A DNA stretch of 17,646 bases, from the NCBI GenBank assembly GCA_043753995.1, contig JAYUVP010000017.1:1-17646 (forward strand). Direction: 5' to 3'. Each line of letters begins with the position of its first letter. The stretch's first letter is position 1. Below are positions 7,069 through 15,089 of the stretch, one piece after another. Both the position numbers and the translations under genes were made by a program. The notes under the pieces are model-generated. The model was not told the origin of the DNA. It did not search any database and saw only the letters and a program-made list of their open reading frames with translations. Source of the DNA: Fibrobacterota bacterium (lineage in GTDB: Bacteria > Fibrobacterota > Fibrobacteria > UBA11236).

Positions 7069-8949
7069 TCAGAAAGCCTGGGCCAAATCGATGACCCAAC
7101 GACTCATGCGTGACCCATCCGATTCATATCGGTAGGGATCGATGGCATAGTCCAACCTTAGGTTAAAGATCTTAAAAAGGACATATCGCAACCCCAAACC
7201 AATAGCCCGCCCCCGGCCTTGGAATTGCACAGGCTCTCCGACCTCCCAAATGGTTCCGTAATCCAGGAAAGGCACAATTTGAATATCCGGCAATTGACTG
7301 AGCCAATTGTCACGCAAGGCCCATCGAACGGGAAATGGGCTCAAGCGGATTTCGGCGGACAATAGGGTATAAATGGGCTCTAAACGCACCTTGACACAAG
7401 CCCCCAGGCTATCCGCTTCGGGACAAACTTCTCGCCAATCATGGCTACGCACATTTCGCGCTCCCCCCAAGAAGAAGCGCTCGGCATTGAGGTCGGCCCT
7501 GCCGAAAAACCGGCCCCCACCCAAACGTCCAGCCACATTCAGCCATGACCAAAGCGGCCAATAGCCCGCCAATTCCGCCTCCAGCCAATTATGTCGTTCC
7601 TGAACGACATTGACCTCACCCGATGAGAGAATGGGGCCACCATTGCCCCAGGTCATTCCGAAGCGGACACCTCTTGTCGGATTAAGCATGTCATCGAGGT
7701 AGGTGGTGAAAATCGAATTCAACCAGTTGAGATTGAAATCGCGTAATCTTCCGGCAGCCTTATCGGCAAGCTCGGATCGGCCCCGTAACTCGGCCGCCGC
7801 CACATAGCGAAAATGGGTGCCGAATCCTCGGGAAAGCCGGCTCTGATTATCGACATTGAAATCGCCGTTGAAGGCCGGGCTTTCCTGGGAATAAATGCCG
7901 GCTTGCTGCCAATCCAGGCTAAGGTCATTGTCAAAACGGAAAGGGCTGCCCATCAAAAGAAGGGAAGCATAGCCGAGAAAAAGGGTTTGCCGCTTTAGAG
8001 CCAAGGAGGCCAAGCCATGGAGTTCATGCAAGCGGCCGGTGACATTGGAATGCGTCCAGGAACCGGAAAAGCCGGGACCGAATTGGGTTTCATAAAAAGC
8101 GGCCAATTCCATTTCTCCCGGCACGCGCTCCTCGGTCTTGAGTACCATGGCGGTCAATCCTGAATTGGTATCCAGCACCGAATCCTTTAGCCTGACCACA
8201 TTGAAAACATGGGTGGATCGCAATTTTCTCTCATAAGCCGAGGTCTTGCGCAAAGAAACGGTATCGCCTCGCTTCAGGTTTAATAAGCCCCGCAGTAATT
8301 CAAATTGCGTTAAGCCCTGGGCCTCGGTAGAATCGCCTTCCCGGCGATTATGTATCAACAAGGTGTCGAAAACCAAGGGACGCCCAGCCTCGACTTGATA
8401 AATCAAATCCACTTTATAGTTCGCCGTATCCAAGCGCCAGCTTTCACCTGCTTTCGCATGCAAAAACCCCGCATTGCCATAGGTGCGCAATATATCACGG
8501 CGATCTTTATAGACTAGGTCGCGATCAAATGGCTTTCCCGCACGGCAATTCAAATTGGCAGCCAAGGTAAGCATAGGTGCGGTGCCAACTTCAATGGCGA
8601 CTTCGCGAAAGTGAAAGCGAATTCCTTCCCGAATACGGAGGCGAACGAGAGAAATTACGGAGGAGTCGCGGGTCGAATCGACTGCGGTCGTCACCACAGC
8701 GGCGGCAAGAAAAAAGCCGATATCGTGATAATATTCCTCTACCACGGCGGCGGCGTCTTCTGACCAGGCTTGCCAGGAAGCTGGAGAATATTGCTCGGGA
8801 TGCTGTGGCAAAACCAACAATTCTTCAATTTTGCCTGTGCTGAGATAGTCATTGCCTTCAATGGCAAGGCTGGGAGGGCTGGCTCGAACCAAGCCGACAA
8901 TGGCCAAGCTTGCGCAAATCCAGATGCGCGCCAGGGATGTGCCGGCCAT
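7069..8949 (-). CDS. tamA: Omp85-family outer membrane protein, TamA-like (about 3 POTRA domains plus beta-barrel)
   Basis: POTRA motifs (YYHDIGFF, IREGIRFHF, YGNAGFLHA, LKRGDTVS...LRSTHVFNVV) and barrel motifs (RFFLGG..NVRSH, FLDYG, GLGLRY, LRLDYA, C-terminal DLAQAF). Lies 2 nt after the stop of the tamB-like gene. ATG 8949 is preferred to the ORF-track start 8967. TamA rather than BamA is inferred from its size and neighbour. Confidence 0.8.
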   Translation of the reverse strand: MAGTSLARIWICASLAIVGLVRASPPSLAIEGNDYLSTGKIEELLVLPQHPEQYSPASWQAWSEDAAAVVEEYYHDIGFFLAAAVVTTAVDSTRDSSVISLVRLRIREGIRFHFREVAIEVGTAPMLTLAANLNCRAGKPFDRDLVYKDRRDILRTYGNAGFLHAKAGESWRLDTANYKVDLIYQVEAGRPLVFDTLLIHNRREGDSTEAQGLTQFELLRGLLNLKRGDTVSLRKTSAYERKLRSTHVFNVVRLKDSVLDTNSGLTAMVLKTEERVPGEMELAAFYETQFGPGFSGSWTHSNVTGRLHELHGLASLALKRQTLFLGYASLLLMGSPFRFDNDLSLDWQQAGIYSQESPAFNGDFNVDNQSRLSRGFGTHFRYVAAAELRGRSELADKAAGRLRDFNLNWLNSIFTTYLDDMLNPTRGVRFGMTWGNGGPILSSGEVNVVQERHNWLEAELAGYWPLWSWLNVAGRLGGGRFFGRADLNAERFFLGGARNVRSHDWREVCPEADSLGACVKVRLEPIYTLLSAEIRLSPFPVRWALRDNWLSQLPDIQIVPFLDYGTIWEVGEPVQFQGRGRAIGLGLRYVLFKIFNLRLDYAIDPYRYESDGSRMSRWVIDLAQAF

Positions 8950-8951
8950 GC

Positions 8952-11900
8952 CTACCAAAACTTCCAAAATTGATATTTGTAGCGCAATCCGACCTGTTTG
9001 CGGACCTGTCGCTCCGCATCGGCATTGCGCTCTTCCGGCCGCGTTTCCACCCCTGCCTGTGCCGTGAGCCTATCTTTCAACCTGCTTTTCCAAACGCTGT
9101 CACGCACCAGTTTTTCCATCGGCGGCCGCCATTCCCCGGCAATTTTGAAATCGTAGGGACTGGCTTGTTTGCTGGCCGGGAAATACCCCGCGCTACCCAG
9201 CACACGCATGCGATATTTTTCCTTGGACTCCAAATTAAGGGCGACGGCCTCTTCCAATTCCGACTGGGCATTTTCGCCACCGACCAAGGCGCTGACCCCA
9301 GTGACTTGCGCGGATCGTATCCAACCGAAGGTGCCGCGCTTTACGATTTTAGTCAACCGGTCATTGACGACCGGTGTGATAAAGTTCACCAAGGTTTTTC
9401 CATAATCGCCCTGATTGTCGCCACCGGTCAGATCGCCGGAATAGCAGCCTCGTGAAACACTATTGATGATGGCGGTAGGCTTAATGGCCTCTCCATCCTC
9501 TCCCCCACAATCGGTGTCATAACTAAATCGCGTCTCATCGAGCCTGCCGTCGACATGTATGGTGACGTGACAGGTTTTTTGAGTAAGGGGGTCACAATCC
9601 GCCTTTAATTTCTTGTCGCCCTCCAGGGTGATGACGCCTTCTTCCGGGGTGGCATTTTGCCACTTCAATTCCAAATCGCGTAAGTCATAGGCTTGGGAGG
9701 ATTGACCAATTTCACCACTCAAGGAGGTCACTGCACCATTGAGCAGCAAATAAGGTTGAATGCCTTTCACACTGACGTCGCCAGCGAAATTGATTTTGCA
9801 AATCTCGGTTTCAAGTCGATTGTTTTGTCCGCGAGTATCGATTTGCAAGGATATCTCCATGGGCTTGGCTTTCGCCGCTGCCGTTCCAGAGGCGGAGCTT
9901 TCCCCCCCACCCTTGCCTTTATCCCGGTCACGCCGCATGAGGCCTCGCCAAAATGCCCGAAGTTCCTCCGCCCCGATTTGGTGGCGAAAAAGGGAGTTCA
10001 CCAAGGTCCCCTTTAATTTCACCAAAGCAGGAGCGGCCATAAATCGTTCCTCCTTGGCTGGCAAGCTATACCCTAAGGACACGTTCTCCACTCGGCCTCG
10101 TGCGACCACGGCGCCTTGATGGTAGTTGAAATCAGCGCCGGTAGCGGTGGCATCGATGCGCAAATTCGCCTGGTGCAAATCACCCGCAATACTCGCATTT
10201 TGCAGGCGCAAGGAGAATTGGCCGCCAAGATTTAAGGCAAAGGCCTCGCCTTGAGCCCTAAATGCGAGAAGGGATTTCGCGAAATCATAGGAGGCTTCCG
10301 CTTCAAGGTTTTGCCCATCGCTTCCTTTGATAACCAGGGAATTCAATTGAGCATGTCCTGCCTCGGCGCTGATCTTGCCGGCAAAATGCTGAGGAGGCAA
10401 TCCCTTTGGGTAATAAATCCCTTCCATAATCCGCGCCGCGCCGCTCAAACCTGACAATCCACCTCCGCGCAGAGGCAGGCTGAAAGGCGTCAGCAAATGC
10501 AACTTTTTCAAGCTTCCAGCCTGAGCCGGCAATTCAAGAGACCCCATCAAATCCACCGCCCCTCTCAGGACCCCCTCGCGGTTTAACGAGGCCCGCGCCG
10601 CGAGATGCAAGCTGTCCTTAACGGTGGCATCCAGTAAAAAATCGGGCTCGGCAGAAAAAAGGCGTAAGACGCGCAACTGAGCGCGAGCATTCAAGAGTGG
10701 CTCGCTTTGAGAATGCGTGGCCAGCGACAATGCCAAGGTGTCCCCACGCCCGTACATTTGCAAATCGCTCCATCGCAAATGGCTGGGTAGGGATTTTAAA
10801 TCCAATCGGCTCAAGGTCGCCTCGCCTTGCATTCCACTATCCGGTGAGTATCGGAGGTCTCCAGAGAAATGGCCTTTCATCAAAGGCGTATTCACTCCGA
10901 ATCGCTCGAGCCATAGCGGCACATCTATTTCCTCGGTTTTCAATTGGACGGCGCGCACGTCATCAAAGCGAGCGAATCTCACTTCATAGAAGGGCTGACC
11001 GCGCAAGGCCACCTGGGCTTTTGCCTCGGCATCAAGGGCCTCTCCCTTTATTTTGGCCTCATGCACCCGCAGGGTTTGGCTGTCCCAATCCCCATGCAGG
11101 CTGGCCACAACTTTATCGCCAGCTTTTTCCATTTCGGCCTGCATATCCCCTTGGCCGGTACTCGCTAATAGGTTCCAGTGAAAAGTGCCGGTGGCACGCG
11201 GATTATAGGGTTGGAAGAAAAATAGGGGCGGATAAGGAGCGAGATGCGGGGCCAATTGCTCGCACCGAGCATCGATCACCTCCGACTTGGGCATGGAGAA
11301 AAAAGCTTTTCCGAATTCGGGATGGGCTAGGTTGAAGTGCAATTCCACACCCTGGGGCAATTCCCGTCCTTGCTTTTTCCAGGTGACTTGGCCGTTACCT
11401 CGCCAGGTCCGGCCATGGTGAGAAATGCGGGTCGAATCGAGGCGATAATGCTCGGAAGTAACCGTATTCCAGCTTTGCACAGAGTCGGCCTCAGCACCGT
11501 AGGCTGTCACCTTTTTAAAGGTGGCTTGGGCCTGAACCAAGGCTTGTTTGACCTGGCCTCTCACTCGGGCGCTTTGATAAACAACATGAGTATCGGTCCA
11601 AGCATGTGCCCACGGCTCATGGATGGCGATATCGCCATCCACGGCAAGCAGCCAATCCTTGCGCGGATAAAAGGCAAGCTGCACCTTGGAACCCTCGCGT
11701 GTGAGGAGTTCGCCGGTGATGACCTGCCCCGGTACCCAAGCCCCTTGTCGCAGAATCGCATTGGCCGGAATGATGCGATTGCCCACATTCAAGGTCACCC
11801 CTTCGCTCACCGCCCCAAAAAGGGCCTTGATGGGACGAAGGCGAAAAAGTGCCGCCATGCCGGAATCTGAACCTTCTTGCGAATGAAATGGCATTTCCCC

Positions 11901-12887
11901 AGAGATTTCCAATTTGCCGCCAGGCTTTGTGGCATTCACCCGAAGCCAAGCTCGATTTAATCCCCCGTGGGCATTGACTTGCAAATCAATAGGCCCAGCT
12001 AAAAGCACGGTGTCGGCATGCACCTTCAATTGCAGGGCATAGCTTGGTCGTCGCAGGGTTTGCAAGTTGGCTTGCAATGACATTTCCCGAAGGGGTGGAA
12101 AATGGGGCGCCAGGGAATCAGGCAAATAAATGGCGGGCTTCGATAATCCCAAGCTTAAACTATCGTCGGCTTGCCGCAAATCTTTTCGCATGCGTCGGCC
12201 AACAAGGCGAACACTATCTCCGGCAACGGTGCGAACCATCAATCGATAGCCTAAATAGGTTCCCTTCCATCGCGATAGAAACTCACACTTCACTCCCGCC
12301 TTCAAGACCGTTGGCAGGGCCCCCAAGGCCGGTCCGGGGTGAACCGACATCTTCCCAGTTATGCCAAGTAGTCCACGCGAAGACAATTGCACGTCCTGGG
12401 CCTGGAGCCAGTCTTCATTCGAAATTTTCAAGTGAAAGCGGTCGATTTCCACTCGCCATGGCATAGGCCATCGCAATTCAGGAAAGGAAGGAATGCCGCC
12501 GGAGGACGTATCCTTTTTTGCTGGCTGAAGACTAAGCGTCAAATCATCCAGAGAGAGGCGTAAAGCCGGATAAACCGCCAGGGATTGGCTGGATAGGACC
12601 GGTCGCAAACGCATCTTTTGGCCGCTAGCCACCAAACCCGGCCCTTGTACCCAAAGGCTGTCGGCCCGCAAACTAAAATCCCAACTCGTTTTAAGACCCG
12701 TGGCGGTGACGGTAATGTCCCCAAAGCTCCACCCAGTTGCCAACTTTTGCTTGGCCCAGGTCAATCCTCCATACACAATGAGGCCTATACAAATAACTGA
12801 AACCAGCAAGGTCCCGAAGACAAAGCGATGGGTTAATACCAGGGCGCGGCGGAAAAGGCGCCGAAGAGAGAATGCCGGCCGACTCAT
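8952..12887 (-). CDS. tamB: TamB/AsmA-like translocation and assembly module protein
   Basis: About 1310 aa with an N-terminal TM anchor (FVFGTLLVSVICIGLIVYGGL) and a long beta-rich body. The C-terminus is DUF490-like (INFAGDVSVKGIQPYLLLNGAVTSLSG...VTIHVDG) and ends in an amphipathic strand VGLRYKYQFWKFW. Adjacent to the Omp85 gene. Start is 12887 (ATG) or 12896. Confidence 0.75.
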   Translation of the reverse strand: MSRPAFSLRRLFRRALVLTHRFVFGTLLVSVICIGLIVYGGLTWAKQKLATGWSFGDITVTATGLKTSWDFSLRADSLWVQGPGLVASGQKMRLRPVLSSQSLAVYPALRLSLDDLTLSLQPAKKDTSSGGIPSFPELRWPMPWRVEIDRFHLKISNEDWLQAQDVQLSSRGLLGITGKMSVHPGPALGALPTVLKAGVKCEFLSRWKGTYLGYRLMVRTVAGDSVRLVGRRMRKDLRQADDSLSLGLSKPAIYLPDSLAPHFPPLREMSLQANLQTLRRPSYALQLKVHADTVLLAGPIDLQVNAHGGLNRAWLRVNATKPGGKLEISGEMPFHSQEGSDSGMAALFRLRPIKALFGAVSEGVTLNVGNRIIPANAILRQGAWVPGQVITGELLTREGSKVQLAFYPRKDWLLAVDGDIAIHEPWAHAWTDTHVVYQSARVRGQVKQALVQAQATFKKVTAYGAEADSVQSWNTVTSEHYRLDSTRISHHGRTWRGNGQVTWKKQGRELPQGVELHFNLAHPEFGKAFFSMPKSEVIDARCEQLAPHLAPYPPLFFFQPYNPRATGTFHWNLLASTGQGDMQAEMEKAGDKVVASLHGDWDSQTLRVHEAKIKGEALDAEAKAQVALRGQPFYEVRFARFDDVRAVQLKTEEIDVPLWLERFGVNTPLMKGHFSGDLRYSPDSGMQGEATLSRLDLKSLPSHLRWSDLQMYGRGDTLALSLATHSQSEPLLNARAQLRVLRLFSAEPDFLLDATVKDSLHLAARASLNREGVLRGAVDLMGSLELPAQAGSLKKLHLLTPFSLPLRGGGLSGLSGAARIMEGIYYPKGLPPQHFAGKISAEAGHAQLNSLVIKGSDGQNLEAEASYDFAKSLLAFRAQGEAFALNLGGQFSLRLQNASIAGDLHQANLRIDATATGADFNYHQGAVVARGRVENVSLGYSLPAKEERFMAAPALVKLKGTLVNSLFRHQIGAEELRAFWRGLMRRDRDKGKGGGESSASGTAAAKAKPMEISLQIDTRGQNNRLETEICKINFAGDVSVKGIQPYLLLNGAVTSLSGEIGQSSQAYDLRDLELKWQNATPEEGVITLEGDKKLKADCDPLTQKTCHVTIHVDGRLDETRFSYDTDCGGEDGEAIKPTAIINSVSRGCYSGDLTGGDNQGDYGKTLVNFITPVVNDRLTKIVKRGTFGWIRSAQVTGVSALVGGENAQSELEEAVALNLESKEKYRMRVLGSAGYFPASKQASPYDFKIAGEWRPPMEKLVRDSVWKSRLKDRLTAQAGVETRPEERNADAERQVRKQVGLRYKYQFWKFW

Positions 12888-12936
12888 TCCGTACAACGCA
12901 AATTACTTAAATCCGTGGCATTTCGAGGAGAGAAGC

Positions 12937-12965
12937 GTGCATCCATCCTCCCCACTTGATACAAT
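12937..12965 (+). promoter_or_regulatory. Putative sigma70 extended -10 promoter for the flhB-like/partner-switching operon
   Basis: TGaTACAAT (TACAAT at 12960-12965) with a weak -35 GTGCAT 17 nt upstream, about 45 nt before the proposed GTG start. Confidence 0.45.
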
Positions 12966-13008
12966 GGTAGGGTCAAACTCATTGAAACCCACCTCAACGA
13001 AGGCATAT

Positions 13009-13311
13009 GTGAATCTTCGATTGCGCTTGGCCATAGCCTTGAAATACCAACATCAAGACGATCCGGCGCCCAAGGTTGTCGCGAGTGGCCAAGGCTTTGC
13101 AGCCCAGCGACTCATCGAAACCGCTCAAGATCATGCCATCCCCATTCATCAAGACGCCGACCTGGCAGAAGCTTTGGCGCCTTTGCCAGCTGGGCAGTTC
13201 ATCCCTCCGGAACTTTATGCCGCTGTAGCTGAAGTTTTGGCCATGCTGGTTCGTTTGGATGCCTCGCTGCGCAACTCGTCGCGCGGCGTTACCTTTGCGA
13301 GACCCCAATGA
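13009..13311 (+). CDS. Stand-alone FlhB/EscU/YscU C-terminal-domain protein (YlqH/HP1575-like, COG2257-type)
   Basis: AIALKY...PAPKVVASGQGFAAQRLIETAQDHAIPIHQDADLAEAL...GQFIPPELYAAVAEVLA is the FlhB-CC signature. No TM domain and no NPTH cleavage motif. GTG 13009 after GAAGG is the likely start, since the 203-aa ORF-track version overlaps tamB. Confidence 0.9.
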   Translation: MNLRLRLAIALKYQHQDDPAPKVVASGQGFAAQRLIETAQDHAIPIHQDADLAEALAPLPAGQFIPPELYAAVAEVLAMLVRLDASLRNSSRGVTFARPQ

Positions 13312-13820
13312 CTCAAAGCGCCGATACCGCTATGCCTGGCGACCTTGTTGCCCCCTCGCATTACCAAATCGATTTGCCCAGTGATCTCGATTTATTGCCC
13401 CCTTTACGGCAGTTTATCGCCGATTTGGCGAAATTATCCGGTTTCAGCAAACGCTTTTGCTTCCGCACCGAAATCATTGTCGATGAATTAGCGACCAATG
13501 CCATTACTCATGGCTCCACGGCCTTAGACAGCAGGGTACGCATCGGAGCGACCTTTACTCCCGAAGATTTGCAATTGACAGTACATGACGGCGGCGGCGT
13601 CCAAACCAATGTGGAAGGCCTCAAGCGGGCGATTCACAGTGCGCCGCCCAAAAATCAGGATCCGCGCAAAGGACGTGGCCTCGTCATAGCCCAAATGCTC
13701 AGCGACGAAGTCACCATTCAAGTGGATAACGGAGAAACCGTGATCAAGGTGATTAAGCGCCGCGACTCGGAAGAATCCACCAAACCCCGCGAGCGCATGC
13801 TATACGAGTCGGCGCCATGA
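13308..13820 (+). CDS. RsbW/SpoIIAB-like anti-sigma factor Ser/Thr kinase (HATPase_c_2)
   Basis: IDLPSDLDLLPPLRQF, N-box IVDELATNAITHG, G1 VHDGGG, G2 KGRGLVIAQMLSDEV. ATGA overlap with the upstream gene. Confidence 0.88.
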   Translation: MTQSADTAMPGDLVAPSHYQIDLPSDLDLLPPLRQFIADLAKLSGFSKRFCFRTEIIVDELATNAITHGSTALDSRVRIGATFTPEDLQLTVHDGGGVQTNVEGLKRAIHSAPPKNQDPRKGRGLVIAQMLSDEVTIQVDNGETVIKVIKRRDSEESTKPRERMLYESAP

Positions 13821-14596
13821 AAATCACCCAACTGGAAAGCGATCTCGATCCGCGCATTATCCTGCTTCACTTTCACGGCGATCTAAACGCTACGGATTGC
13901 GAAGCGACCTCGGCGGTTTTTCAGAGCATTATTGATGGCGGTAAGTTTTTCATCATGGCCGTCCTGGAAAATGTCACCTTCATTTCTTCTCCCTTTCTCG
14001 GGGAATGGATGGGGTGCAAACTTCGTCTTACCGAAAAGGGCGGCGATTTGGTCTTGGTCGGCCTTCCCTTGGTCCAACGCGAAAAGCTTGTTCAAATGGG
14101 TGCTGATCGCATTTTTCGGTTTTTCCCTGACACCCATTCCGCCTATCGCAATTGGCAGTGGGATCACGGGGATGCCGTGCAAACCTTGCGCATCGATATG
14201 CCCCCCCAATTGGCGGCCGTTCCGGCGGTACGCCGCTTTGCCTCAGGGATTGCCCGACAAAAGGGCTATTCTTCGCGGGATGCTTTCCGCATCGAAACCA
14301 TAGTCGATGAAATCGCAAACAATGCGGTGGAACATGGTGATGCAGGCCAAAAAGCCATTTCCCTAGAGTTTAAAATCGATCGCAAACGGTTTGAGCTTCA
14401 GGTTCGAAATCGAACCCGACCGGAGAAGGCCGAGCATTTGAAAAAAATGCTCAATGAGGTCTCGGAGGCCAAAGGCGGTTTCGGCGCTCGTGGCCGCGGC
14501 ATTGCCTTGGTTAAATTGATAAGCAAATCCATTGATGTTTCTATCGACAATGCCGGCACCAAGGTGACGGTCACCAAGCTCCGGGAGGACGCCTGA
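13817..14596 (+). CDS. STAS (anti-anti-sigma) plus RsbW-like HATPase fusion protein
   Basis: N-terminal STAS (FHGDLNA, LENVTFISSPFLG, KGGDLVLVGL) and C-terminal HATPase (IVDEIANNAVEHG, RGRGIALVKLIS). ATGA overlap with the upstream gene. Confidence 0.87.
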   Translation: MKITQLESDLDPRIILLHFHGDLNATDCEATSAVFQSIIDGGKFFIMAVLENVTFISSPFLGEWMGCKLRLTEKGGDLVLVGLPLVQREKLVQMGADRIFRFFPDTHSAYRNWQWDHGDAVQTLRIDMPPQLAAVPAVRRFASGIARQKGYSSRDAFRIETIVDEIANNAVEHGDAGQKAISLEFKIDRKRFELQVRNRTRPEKAEHLKKMLNEVSEAKGGFGARGRGIALVKLISKSIDVSIDNAGTKVTVTKLREDA

Positions 14597-14597
14597 C

Positions 14598-14963
14598 ATG
14601 GACACTCAGATCGAGCTGCAAATTTCCGACCTCGACACCGTTGTGGGGGCCAAGCTCATCAAGTTTACCGGCGACCTTGACGCCACCAATGTCGAGGCCA
14701 CCCTGGATCAAGTCACCCGACTGATGAAGGAGGGTGGGCATCATATTGTGGCGGATTTCAGCAATTTACGGTATGTCAATAGCACCGGTCTCGGTATTTT
14801 ACTGCACTTCAGTAAAACAGCGCGTGAACGGAATGGTTCGTTTAAAATCGCCAACGTCAACGAAAATGTCTTTGAAATTATTGAGATCATCGGAGCCAAT
14901 ACCCTGCTCGACATCTATGATTCGGTGGATGAGGCTTGCAAATCCCTATTACGGCGTAGTTGA
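14598..14963 (+). CDS. RsbV/SpoIIAA-like STAS anti-sigma factor antagonist
   Basis: FTGDLDA...IVADFSNLRYVNSTGLGILL...GSFKIANVNENVFEIIEIIG, with the phospho-acceptor Ser motif (NSTGLG) intact. Starts 1 nt after the upstream stop. Confidence 0.92.
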   Translation: MDTQIELQISDLDTVVGAKLIKFTGDLDATNVEATLDQVTRLMKEGGHHIVADFSNLRYVNSTGLGILLHFSKTARERNGSFKIANVNENVFEIIEIIGANTLLDIYDSVDEACKSLLRRS

Positions 14964-14993
14964 TACACCGCTTCTACCCTTGATTCATTATGT

Positions 14994-15030
14994 CCGCGAC
15001 TCTGAGATGGATGCTCAGGCGGCGGTTTTT
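14994..15030 (+). terminator. Possible weak intrinsic terminator after the STAS gene
   Basis: Imperfect hairpin CCGC..CTGAG-ATGGATG-CTCAG..GCGG followed by TTTTT. Confidence 0.35.
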
Positions 15031-15089
15031 ATGTCGGCATTTTGCTAATTTAGCCGCCCTCATCCTCTTTTTTCGCCGGGGAAATATTC

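Noticed and set aside
12700..13008. N-terminal extension of the FlhB-like ORF to 203 aa
   Set aside because: It overlaps tamB on the opposite strand and the promoter region. Homology to FlhB-CC begins only at about 13009.
15034..15046. Sigma54-like GGCA...TTGC element
   Set aside because: Spacing between the GG and GC elements is too short for a -24/-12 promoter.
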